Shown here: positions 56,008-64,000 of the stretch, piece after piece
How positions within the stretch are numbered: the stretch's first letter is position 1
Layout of the letters: every line of letters starts with the position of its first letter
Assembly: GCA_963718375.1 (NCBI GenBank)
Contig: CAVQZD010000005.1
Location: forward strand, 186,614-250,613
DNA length: 64,000 bases
Direction of reading: 5' to 3'
DNA from: an uncultured Actinomycetes bacterium
GTDB lineage: Bacteria > Actinomycetota > Thermoleophilia > RBG-16-64-13
Translations under genes and position numbers: made by a program
Notes under the pieces: model-generated
Database searches by the model: none
What the model was told of the DNA's origin: nothing
What the model saw: the letters and a program-made list of their open reading frames with translations, nothing else

Positions 56008-56916
56008 CTACTCCTCCACTCGGGCTCGCGGATGAGCTTCCTGGTATACCTTCTGCAGGTGTGAGGAACTGACGTGGGTATAGATCTGGGTGGTAGAGAG
56101 ATCGGCGTGGCCCAACATCTCCTGTACCGCTCGGAGGTCAGCGCCCCCCTCAAGCAGGTGTGTCGCGAAGGAATGCCGCAGGGTGTGTGCCGACACATCG
56201 TCCGAGAGCCCAGCCTCGCGGGCGTAGCGCTTCACGATCAGGTGAAGCCCCTGCCTCGACAGCCGGCGTCCGTGCTCGTTCAGGAAGAGTTCTGGTGACT
56301 TTAGGCGCCCAGCGCCGCCAAGTAGACGGCGGCCACGCTCGTTGTAGGCCTGTAATGCCTCGACCGCCATCCGTCCCAGGGGTACCACCCTCTCCTTATC
56401 GCCCTTGCCTATTGTGCGCACGAAGCCCACCTCAAGGTCTACATCCTGGATGCGCAGAGCGAGCAACTCGGAGGCTCGTAGTCCGGCGCCGTACAGTGTC
56501 TCCAGTAGAGCTCTGTCCCGCAGCCCACGGGGGTCCGACTTGGGAAGAGCCAGCATCCTTTCCACTTCGGCGATACTGAGCACCCTCGGCAACGTTGCCT
56601 CCAAGCGCACCCCGGCAAGCGACTTCGTCGGGTCCGCGGCAATGAGTCCCCCCAGGACGGCGTACCTGTAGAACGATCTGATCGCGGCAGCCTTTCTTGC
56701 CCTAGTCGACGGACGCCACTCCTCGGCTCCGAGGAAAGCACGCACGTCCTCACTTGACGCCGCAAGCAGGCGCACATCTCTCGACTCCAGGAACTCACCG
56801 AACTGAGTCAGATCTCTTCCATACGCAGCCGTCGTGTTGTCAGACAGCCCCTTCTCGAGCCGAAGGGCGCGCAGGTGGGCGTCTATCAGACTACGATTCT
56901 CAGGCTTCAGTCCCAT
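56008..56916 (-). CDS. xerD: Tyrosine recombinase XerD (chromosome dimer resolution)
   Basis: N-terminal SAM-like domain ([22 protein letters not shown]). Catalytic R...HxxR...Y residues ([52 protein letters not shown]). ATG at 56916; the longer ORF starts at 56979. Confidence 0.88.
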   Translation of the reverse strand: [302 protein letters not shown]

Positions 56917-57490
56917 AGCCTGGCTCCTCCTGAAGGAGGCGTAGCGCTGCAAGTGTCTTGGCGTCGGGAATCTCTGCAAGCCGATGGCGAAGCTCCATCA
57001 GCGGGATGCGCTCCACTGCGAGTTCTTCGTCGATGTCGGGGTCAGCGTCTTGCTGCGTCAGACCCCACGCCAGGAACACATGGAGCTCTTCGTTCAGAAA
57101 GCCAGGTGATGAGAAGAAGGAACCTAGCGGCCTCCAGTCGTCGGCGATCAAACCGACCTCTTCGCGCAGCTCACGTTTCGCGGCTGCCAACGGCTCCTCC
57201 CCGGGCTCGAGCGTGCCGGCGGGGAGTTCGATCAATGACTGACCTACCGCATGGCGATATTGCCGCACGAAGTACACATGCCTGTCATCATCGAGCGCTA
57301 TGATCACCACTGCGCCGGGATGATCCACGACTTCGCGGACGGCCTTGGTCCCATCGGACAGCACGATCTCATCCACCCTCAGCGAGATGATCCGGCCCTC
57401 ATATACCTGCCGAGAGCTCAACACTTCTGGAAGTGTGCCCGAGTTGCCGGCCGAGTCAGGATCAGTTCCGTGCGCGGGCGTCATGCTCAT
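56900..57490 (-). CDS. NUDIX hydrolase (ADP-ribose pyrophosphatase-like)
   Basis: Nudix box GTLEPGEEPLAAAKRELREEVG. 196 aa; sits between pyrG and xerD as the Rv1700 homolog does in mycobacteria. Confidence 0.85.
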   Translation of the reverse strand: MSMTPAHGTDPDSAGNSGTLPEVLSSRQVYEGRIISLRVDEIVLSDGTKAVREVVDHPGAVVIIALDDDRHVYFVRQYRHAVGQSLIELPAGTLEPGEEPLAAAKRELREEVGLIADDWRPLGSFFSSPGFLNEELHVFLAWGLTQQDADPDIDEELAVERIPLMELRHRLAEIPDAKTLAALRLLQEEPGYGTEA

Positions 57491-58650
57491 GCCACTGCTC
57501 CGTCGAAGGACGGCCGCGCCTCGGCCGCTGCGAACACCAGGTGCAGGACCAGCCTGCAGAGCCGTTCCAGCTCGTCCAACTCGATGAATTCGTCGGGGCT
57601 ATGTACGCGCATCATGCCGGCAGTGAGATTCACGGTCGGCATGCCCGCCGCGTTCAGGACGTTCGCGTCTGACCCGCCCCCGGCCACCTGGAGTTCAGGA
57701 ACCAAGCCCATGGCGGACATGGCCTTCTTTGCCACCTGGACGACCGGAAGCTCTTCGCTCAACCGGAAGGCCCGAAACTCATCCACCAGCTCGATGTCCA
57801 CGTCAAGGCCCATCTGACCAGCTCCTAGCTGAAGCGCATCGACCATATCCGCCGCGACTCCGGCCAGCCGGGCCTCGTCGTGCCCACGGCACTCACCGGA
57901 TACCTCGCACGAGTCCGGCACCACATTGGTCGCTGATCCCCCTCGGATGATCCCTATGTTGGCTGTGGTCTCTTCATCAAGGCGCCCCAACTCCATCGAG
58001 GCCACCGCTTTGGCGGCGGCCTGCACCGCATTTCTGCCGAGCTCGGGCTCCAGTCCAGCGTGTGCCGCTCTACCCTTGAAGTGGGCGTGAATGATCTTCT
58101 GGCTGGGGGCAGCAATGACTATTCCACCTACCCGCCCGGTCGAATCAAGTACAGCTCCCATCGGGCTCCGCAGCGCTCCGGCCGCCAGATGCTTCGCCCC
58201 CACCAAGCCGTTCTCTTCGCACACAGTGAAGAAGAGTTCATACTTGGGAATGTCCCGCCCGCTCTGAACCAGTAGTTCAGTCGCGTGCAGGAGCGCTGCT
58301 ATCGCCGCCTTGTCGTCCGCCCCAAGGATGCCCTTGCCCGCATTCCTGAAGTGTGTGCCACCCTCCAGCACCGGTTCGATCTCACCGGCCGGAGGCACCG
58401 TATCCAAGTGCGCCCCCAGGGCTAGACACGGTCCCATGTCATCGCTACCCACCGTGCACACGAGATTCCCGCAATCCCCTCCGATGGCCTCTCCCGTGAG
58501 GTCCTCGGTAGCGTGGATGCCCAACCCCTCGAGAACCGAGATGATCGCATCGGCGACCGATCGCTCGTTACGAGAAGGGCTTGCTATGCGCGTCAGCATC
58601 ACAAAGAGCTCGCTCAGCCGCTCGCGCGAGGGCTTGGGGATACGCGTCAT
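57487..58650 (-). CDS. M20-family metallopeptidase (peptidase T / ArgE/DapE-like)
   Basis: LALGAHLDTV, GADDKAAIA, and the TVCEENGLVGAKHL metal-binding motifs with a dimerisation insert. ATG at 58650 (MTRIPKP), 9 nt after the pyrG stop; the longer ORF from 58776 overlaps pyrG. Confidence 0.8.
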   Translation of the reverse strand: MTRIPKPSRERLSELFVMLTRIASPSRNERSVADAIISVLEGLGIHATEDLTGEAIGGDCGNLVCTVGSDDMGPCLALGAHLDTVPPAGEIEPVLEGGTHFRNAGKGILGADDKAAIAALLHATELLVQSGRDIPKYELFFTVCEENGLVGAKHLAAGALRSPMGAVLDSTGRVGGIVIAAPSQKIIHAHFKGRAAHAGLEPELGRNAVQAAAKAVASMELGRLDEETTANIGIIRGGSATNVVPDSCEVSGECRGHDEARLAGVAADMVDALQLGAGQMGLDVDIELVDEFRAFRLSEELPVVQVAKKAMSAMGLVPELQVAGGGSDANVLNAAGMPTVNLTAGMMRVHSPDEFIELDELERLCRLVLHLVFAAAEARPSFDGAVA

Positions 58651-58658
58651 GCGGATAC

Positions 58659-60290
58659 CTACGCTTTGCGGCTCTTGCTCGCCTGCGCGCTCCCGGCTAC
58701 CGCCGCCCCGATGAAGTCTCTGAACAGTGGATGAGGTCGTGTCGGACGACTCTTGAACTCTGGGTGGAACTGACAAGCGACGAACCAGGGGTGGTCTGGT
58801 AGTTCGATGACCTCGACCAACTGCTCATCTAGGGTGGTGCCGCTGATGACCAAGCCTGCTTTGACCAGAGCTTCCCGGTAGTCGTTATTGACCTCGTACC
58901 GGTGTCGGTGGCGTTCGTGTATGACCTCTGTGCCGTAGGCCGCGTAGGCCTTGGTCCCCGCCACCAGCTTGCTGGGCGACGCGCCCAACCGCATGGTGCC
59001 CCCCTTGTCACACACGCCTTCTTGGTCCGGCAACAGGTCGATCACCGGGTACTTGGTGTCAGGGTCGAACTCAGACGAATTCGCGCCCTCCATGGAGCCC
59101 ATGCTGCGCGCGAATTCCGCCACCGCGACCTGCATACCAAGGCAGAGCCCCAAATACGGCACACCGTTCTCCCGCGCATATCGGACTGACTTGATCTTGC
59201 CCTCGGTGCCGCGCACCCCGAAGCCACCCGGCACGAGGATGCCGTCCGCGGCCTGCAGTTCAGTCTTCAGCTCGTCGTCCTTGAGAGACTCAGCATCCAC
59301 CCAGAGTATCTCCAGGTCGCGGCCGTGGTAGATGCATGCGTGTCGCAGGGCTTCTATGACACTCAGATACGCATCTCTGAGCTGGACATACTTGCCAACC
59401 AATCCTATCTTGACAGTGCCCTTGGCCTCTTTGATGCGCCGCACCAGTGCTATCCACTCGTCGAGCTTGGGCCCACGGGCATCAAGCCCGAGCTTGTCCA
59501 CCACCAAACCATCCAGTCCCTCGTCTCGCAGCATCAAGGGCACTTCATACAGGTGCGCCGCGTCGACGCAGCTCACCACAGCGCGCGCCTCTACGTCCGT
59601 GAATAGGGAGATCTTCTCCTTGAGCTCGGGAATGATCTGGCGATCCGACCGGCACACGATGATGTCGGGTTGGATACCTATGCTGCGCAGCTCGTTGACG
59701 CTGTGCTGCGTCGGCTTGGTCTTTAGCTCGCCTGAGGTACTGATGAAAGGGATCAACGTCACGTGGATGTAGAGTACGTGCCTGCGGCCGATGTCGTTGC
59801 GGAACTGCCGGATGGCCTCCAGGAAGGGCAGGCTCTCGATGTCGCCTACCGTCCCCCCGATCTCGGTGATGACTACGTCGACGTCGGGGTCTTGGGCGAC
59901 CCTTGAGATCCGCTCCTTTATCTCATTCGTGACGTGAGGTATCACCTGCACCGTGCTGCCGAGGTAGTCACCGCGGCGTTCTTTGCTGATGACATGGTTG
60001 TAGACGGATCCGGCGGTGACGTTCGAATCTCGTGTCAGGCTCTCATCGACGAAGCGCTCGTAGTGGCCCAGGTCGAGGTCTGTCTCCGCGCCGTCGTCCG
60101 TCACGAATACTTCCCCGTGTTGATACGGGCTCATGGTACCGGGGTCTACGTTCAGATAGGGGTCGAACTTCTGGATGATGACGCGCAAGCCACGGCTCTT
60201 GAGAAGACATCCGAGCGAGGCGGCCGTGATGCCTTTGCCTAGCGAGGATACGACACCACCTGTAACAAACACATGCTTCGCCATCGTCAC
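58659..60290 (-). CDS. pyrG: CTP synthase
   Basis: [19 protein letters not shown]... synthetase domain and the C-terminal glutamine amidotransferase domain ([15 protein letters not shown]). 543 aa, intact. Confidence 0.95.
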   Translation of the reverse strand: MTMAKHVFVTGGVVSSLGKGITAASLGCLLKSRGLRVIIQKFDPYLNVDPGTMSPYQHGEVFVTDDGAETDLDLGHYERFVDESLTRDSNVTAGSVYNHVISKERRGDYLGSTVQVIPHVTNEIKERISRVAQDPDVDVVITEIGGTVGDIESLPFLEAIRQFRNDIGRRHVLYIHVTLIPFISTSGELKTKPTQHSVNELRSIGIQPDIIVCRSDRQIIPELKEKISLFTDVEARAVVSCVDAAHLYEVPLMLRDEGLDGLVVDKLGLDARGPKLDEWIALVRRIKEAKGTVKIGLVGKYVQLRDAYLSVIEALRHACIYHGRDLEILWVDAESLKDDELKTELQAADGILVPGGFGVRGTEGKIKSVRYARENGVPYLGLCLGMQVAVAEFARSMGSMEGANSSEFDPDTKYPVIDLLPDQEGVCDKGGTMRLGASPSKLVAGTKAYAAYGTEVIHERHRHRYEVNNDYREALVKAGLVISGTTLDEQLVEVIELPDHPWFVACQFHPEFKSRPTRPHPLFRDFIGAAVAGSAQASKSRKA

Positions 60291-60346
60291 CCCTGCCGCA
60301 TGAAATGGATCCTGGGTGGCGCATGGCTGTCCGGCCCGCGCCCCAC

Positions 60347-62053
60347 CTAGTCTAGCAGCCCCGCCGCCGCCCTGTCGCGCATTTCTCTGGCCAAAGCCAT
60401 CGTCTCTGCATCATCAGGCCGGCCACCGAGCATTCGACACAGCTCTTCTGTGACTACCTCATCCTCGAGAGCGAAGAGCCTCGCCACAGTGTCAGTCGCG
60501 CCAGCAACCTTGTCGATCATGAAGTGTCGCGCGGCCACGGCGGCCACTTGAGCGAGATGCGTGATCACGAGCAGTTGTGAGCCGGAAGACAGTTCTCGTA
60601 GCTTGCTGCCCACCAGTACGGCTGTCCGTCCACCGATACCGGCATCGATCTCGTCGAAAACCAAGGTCTCACTGCCTCCGGCACCGGCCAGTGCGCACTT
60701 CATGGCCAAGAGGACGCGCGACAGCTCACCGCCAGAGGCGGTCTTGGCCAAGCTTCTTGGAGGCAATCCAGGGTTGGCGGCCAGCATGAACTCCACACGG
60801 TCTCCACCTGTCTCGCTCAGCGATTGCCAGTCCGATCTCGAATCGATCGCGATGGAGACCCTGGCCTCCGACATCCCCAAACCTGCCAATTCGACCGCTA
60901 CCGCCTGCTCAAGGCGGGGCACGGCTTCTTGGCGGGCCTCACTCAATCGCCCCGCGAGACCGATCGCCCGCTCTGTCTCGATCGCCCGTGTCTCTTCGAG
61001 CCTGGAGAGGTCTTCTTCGCCCCCCTCAAGAAAGGCCAGCCGTTCGCGCCCGTCCGCCAGGATCGTGAGCGCCGCTTCCGTTGTGCCTCCATACTTGCGT
61101 CCCAACTCGGTGTACAGCCGAAGACGCTCATCGATCATCTCCAGACGCGCAGGATCCACAGAGACTGTCTCAGCATATGAATGCAGCTCTCGGGCCAACT
61201 CGCCCAGCTGACAGCTGACATCCGTCAGAGATGACTCCATCGCGTCCAGGTCAGGGTCGATCCCACGCAGCCCGACAAGCAACGAGGCCGCCTGGCCTAG
61301 AAGGGTGCCAGCGTCGCCTCCCTCGCCGTCACTGTTCAGCATTTCCGCCGCACCCGCGGTCGCTCTCAGCAGGTCCTCGGCCCGCGCGAGCCTCTTCTGC
61401 TCCGCGAACAGCTCATCCTCCTCAGCGACGGAAAGCCCCGCTTCTCCCAGCTCTTTGACTTGGAAGCGGAGTAGCTCGATCTCGCGAAGCCGTGCTTGCT
61501 CGTCCTTGAGTCTCTCTTCCAGACGTCTGGCCGCATCGCGCGCCTTGCGGTACGCGTCACGGAACTCACCCAACAGTTCAAGTGTCTCGACCCCTGCCCA
61601 TCTATCAAGGACCGACAGTTGATACTGAGGCTCCAGGAGCCGTCTGTACTCGTGTTGTCCGGCGAACGACAGTAGCGCGCCGACCGCGGTGCCTATGGTA
61701 CTCAGGGTGACCGCCGATCCGTTCAAGAAGCAGCGATTTCTCCCCTCCCTGCCGAGCCTTCTGGCAACGATGAAGGGGCCCGGATCCACACCACCCAGAA
61801 GGTCCGAGACTTCCACCGGTATGTCGGCGATGCTTGCCTCGTCCAGCTCAAAGACCGCCTGGATCAAAGCATCTGCCCCTCTGTTACCGACGAGACCGTC
61901 CTCGGCGCGCTCTCCCATGAGCAGTCCGAGCGCCTTTGTGAGGAGCGTCTTGCCGGCCCCTGTCTCTCCGGTCAGAACATTCAGTCCAGGCGCGAATTCG
62001 AGCTCCGCGTCCTCTATGAGAACGAAGTTCCTTATCGTCAGACCTGACAGCAC
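60347..62053 (-). CDS. recN: DNA repair protein RecN
   Basis: Walker [15 protein letters not shown], a long coiled coil, and the C-terminal signature/Walker B ([15 protein letters not shown]...[12 protein letters not shown]). 568 aa. Confidence 0.93.
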   Translation of the reverse strand: MLSGLTIRNFVLIEDAELEFAPGLNVLTGETGAGKTLLTKALGLLMGERAEDGLVGNRGADALIQAVFELDEASIADIPVEVSDLLGGVDPGPFIVARRLGREGRNRCFLNGSAVTLSTIGTAVGALLSFAGQHEYRRLLEPQYQLSVLDRWAGVETLELLGEFRDAYRKARDAARRLEERLKDEQARLREIELLRFQVKELGEAGLSVAEEDELFAEQKRLARAEDLLRATAGAAEMLNSDGEGGDAGTLLGQAASLLVGLRGIDPDLDAMESSLTDVSCQLGELARELHSYAETVSVDPARLEMIDERLRLYTELGRKYGGTTEAALTILADGRERLAFLEGGEEDLSRLEETRAIETERAIGLAGRLSEARQEAVPRLEQAVAVELAGLGMSEARVSIAIDSRSDWQSLSETGGDRVEFMLAANPGLPPRSLAKTASGGELSRVLLAMKCALAGAGGSETLVFDEIDAGIGGRTAVLVGSKLRELSSGSQLLVITHLAQVAAVAARHFMIDKVAGATDTVARLFALEDEVVTEELCRMLGGRPDDAETMALAREMRDRAAAGLLD

Positions 62054-62063
62054 TGCTCGCCCC

Positions 62064-62918
62064 TCACAGAAGCCTATCGCGAAAATGATGGTAAAGACTG
62101 TCGCCCTCCAGCAGGGCTAGCGAGGTCATGCTCGGTATCGTCTGGATGCGCACCACGGAGTCGGGCGGCAATTGCCTGACCCTCTGGCCGTCCACGTCCA
62201 GGTAGCAGTCTCGATCACCGTTGATCGTGATCTCAAGGATGTCGCCAGGGCCTGCGACCACAGGTCTCACCCCGACTGCGTGCGGGGCGACCAGGCTGAT
62301 CACATACGCTTCCACCTCGATCCCCAGCAGAGGCCCACCCGCTGCCAAGCTATATGCTGAGGAACCAGCTGGGGTGCCGACCACCACTCCATCACATGAG
62401 ACTTCGAAGAGGGTTATCCCGTTGATTCGCAGGGCCAGCGAACAAGCCGTTGCCTGATCGCCCTTGCTCACTACAACGTCATTGGTGGCTCGAAAAGCGG
62501 ATCCTTGGCAGTGTGCCTCCAGACCCAGTAAGGGGTATTCCCTCATGTCCCCTGCTAGGAGTCGCGCGACCCCCTGTTTCACGTCATCCCGGTCCACAGT
62601 GGTGAGAAAGCCTACCCTGCCGAGATTGACCCCAGCGACCGGTATCTCGTGGCCGAGGACCATATGAAAGGCCCTGAGCATAGTCCCATCTCCGCCCAGG
62701 ACGATGCAGAGGTCTATCGCCTCTAGACCGGCGTCTGCCTCTAGCGCAGTGACCCCAGCCCCTGTCAGGAGCCCACCGTGCTTGCTGAATTCGGTGACCG
62801 GGGCAATCACCTCCACCCTGTTCACCTGGCAGGTCAGCAGAGTCTCGCGAAGGGCCTGGCCGGCAACCCTCGCGTCGCTGTGGGTCACAATGATCACTCT
62901 TCCTGCTCTCTGGCCCAT
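62064..62918 (-). CDS. nadK: NAD(+) kinase
   Basis: GGDGTML, NLGRVGFLT and the DGVVVGTPAGSSAYSLAAGGP motifs. 284 aa. Confidence 0.92.
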   Translation of the reverse strand: MGQRAGRVIIVTHSDARVAGQALRETLLTCQVNRVEVIAPVTEFSKHGGLLTGAGVTALEADAGLEAIDLCIVLGGDGTMLRAFHMVLGHEIPVAGVNLGRVGFLTTVDRDDVKQGVARLLAGDMREYPLLGLEAHCQGSAFRATNDVVVSKGDQATACSLALRINGITLFEVSCDGVVVGTPAGSSAYSLAAGGPLLGIEVEAYVISLVAPHAVGVRPVVAGPGDILEITINGDRDCYLDVDGQRVRQLPPDSVVRIQTIPSMTSLALLEGDSLYHHFRDRLL

Positions 62919-63743
62919 CTACTCGCTCCCCCGGCGGTCGCATCCGGCTAGCACCCGCTCGCCAACGATCTCCTCCAGCGTACCAAGAGAGAGACCTTCC
63001 TCTCTACCCCGCATTACATGTACGAAGAACTCTATGTTGCCCCCCACCCCTGGCAGGTGAGACCGCGCTACTCCCATCACAGCAAGGCGCATGTCCGTGA
63101 CCACGAAGCGGACCACGTCATTCAAGACCTGCTGATGCACGGCGGGGTCCCTGACTATGCCCTTCTTGCCGACCTGTTTCGGCCCTGCCTCGAACTGTGG
63201 CTTCACCAGGATCACACCCTCGAACGACTCGGCCATGCTCTCAGCTACGGCGGTCAGCACCTTACTCACCGATATGAACGAGACATCCATGGTAACCAAG
63301 TCGGGCGCATACGGCAGGTCGCCCTTTTGGAGTAGCCGGGCGTTCACGCCCTCTATCACTGTGACTCGGGAGTCGTTCCTGAGCTTTGCATCCAGCTGTC
63401 CTCGCCCCACGTCCAGGGCGATCACTTGCTCAGCACCCCTTTGCAGAAGGCAGTCCACGAAGCCGCCGGTCGACGCACCCACGTCCAGGCCCATCCTCCG
63501 ATGCACATCGATTCCGAAGTCATCGAGCGCTGCCGAGAGCTTCTCTCCAGCCCTCGACACAAAGGGCGGTCTCGCTTTCACCGCGATCTCCGCCGTGACG
63601 GGTACAGCCGACCCAGCCTTGTCGAGTACACGCCCCTCGACCTTCACAAGCCCCGCCATTATCAGACCGCGGGCCGCGCTGCGCGTGGTGGCCAGATGGC
63701 GATCGACGATCAACTCGTCAAGGCGCTTGCGTTCTACGCCCAT
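62919..63743 (-). CDS. tlyA: TlyA-family rRNA 2'-O-methyltransferase (hemolysin A-like; S4 plus FtsJ domains)
   Basis: S4 domain (RLDELIVDRHLATTRSAARGLIMAGLV) and the SAM-binding motif LDVGASTGGFVDCLLQRGA. dxs-tlyA-nadK-recN order. Confidence 0.9.
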   Translation of the reverse strand: MGVERKRLDELIVDRHLATTRSAARGLIMAGLVKVEGRVLDKAGSAVPVTAEIAVKARPPFVSRAGEKLSAALDDFGIDVHRRMGLDVGASTGGFVDCLLQRGAEQVIALDVGRGQLDAKLRNDSRVTVIEGVNARLLQKGDLPYAPDLVTMDVSFISVSKVLTAVAESMAESFEGVILVKPQFEAGPKQVGKKGIVRDPAVHQQVLNDVVRFVVTDMRLAVMGVARSHLPGVGGNIEFFVHVMRGREEGLSLGTLEEIVGERVLAGCDRRGSE

Positions 63744-63752
63744 CGGCGCGTA

Positions 63753-64000
63753 TTACACCCGCCTTCTCTCAGGCAGACCGAGGAGACATCTGACGTCCTC
63801 CACTATCCCCTCGGCCGTGAGCCCGTGCTCTTTTCTCAGACGTTCAACAGGACCCTGGCCGACGAACCTGTCAGGAAGGCCGATACGCTTCAACGGCAAC
63901 CCAACACCGTGGTCGGCCAGGAGCTCCAACACCGCAGACCCGAATCCTCCCGCCATGACGTTGTCCTCTACCGTGATCACGGCTCTGTGTTTGTCCGCTA
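63753..64000 (-). CDS. dxs: 1-deoxy-D-xylulose-5-phosphate synthase, C-terminal end only; the gene continues beyond the window
   Basis: ITVEDNVMAGGFGSAVLELLADHGV...RIGLPDRFVGQGPVERLRKEHGLTAEGIVEDV is the conserved Dxs C-terminus. The reading frame is open to the window edge. Confidence 0.85.
   Translation of the reverse strand, partial: ADKHRAVITVEDNVMAGGFGSAVLELLADHGVGLPLKRIGLPDRFVGQGPVERLRKEHGLTAEGIVEDVRCLLGLPERRRV

Noticed and set aside
1-64000. CRISPR arrays, IS elements, prophage, toxin-antitoxin or defence islands
   Set aside because: No direct-repeat arrays, transposases, phage structural genes or nuclease/ATPase defence gene pairs were seen. XerD at 56008..56916 is the chromosomal dimer-resolution recombinase in conserved synteny, not a phage integrase.

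Overview
This is a 64-kb window of high-GC (about 62%) bacterial chromosome. It is densely packed with housekeeping genes, and I found no rRNA genes, CRISPR arrays, IS elements or prophage genes.

Gene order points to a high-GC Gram-positive (Actinomycetota-like) genome. Three blocks match the order seen in Mycobacterium tuberculosis:
- yebC, ruvC, ruvA, ruvB ... yajC, secD, secF ... relA, MBL hydrolase, hisS, aspS
- alaS, ruvX, mltG, aroE
- dxs, tlyA, nadK, recN, pyrG, NUDIX, xerD ... scpA, scpB, rluB, cmk, der

The plus-strand half (1-35.4 kb) encodes:
- a partial EF-G, an RpiR regulator, YebC and RuvCAB
- a queH-queA-tgt queuosine cluster, then YajC, SecD and SecF
- a phasin-like protein, a UbiB/ABC1 kinase, RecJ and RelA
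- HisS, AspS, MnmA and a small stress/sigma module (DUF948, YtxH-like, anti-sigma, SigB/F-type sigma)
- AlaS, RuvX, MltG, AroE and a type IV pilus motor cluster pilB-pilT-pilC

The minus-strand half (35.5-64 kb) encodes:
- apt and a gcvH/GarA-like FHA/duplicated-MerR cluster
- a divergently transcribed (plus-strand) MglB-MglA polarity GTPase module, then tRNA-Pro(GGG)
- a long operon hisC-aroG-tyrA-aroA-cmk::plsC-ispH-der-plsY
- rluB, scpB, scpA, an M50 protease and a 924-aa DHH-CBS-CCA-nucleotidyltransferase fusion
- punA, deoB, xerD, NUDIX, an M20 peptidase, pyrG, recN, nadK, tlyA and the 3' end of dxs

The most striking thing in the sequence is at least 14 single-base frameshifts in otherwise well-conserved, mostly essential genes: queA, tgt, secD (two), secF, ubiB (about three), recJ (two), plsY, scpA and deoB/punA. 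Ten of them fall in the 8-kb stretch 6.6-15 kb. Because the genes are essential, the pattern looks much more like sequencing or assembly indel errors than real pseudogenes.

Other points of interest:
- an apparent in-frame Cmk::PlsC fusion
- a bona fide MglA/MglB pair next to T4P motor genes that have no pilin gene in the window
- a zinc-ribbon-GarA-like FHA protein
- RecJ with an uncharacterised ~270-aa C-terminal extension
- leaderless-type promoters with a recurring TATAGT -10 box
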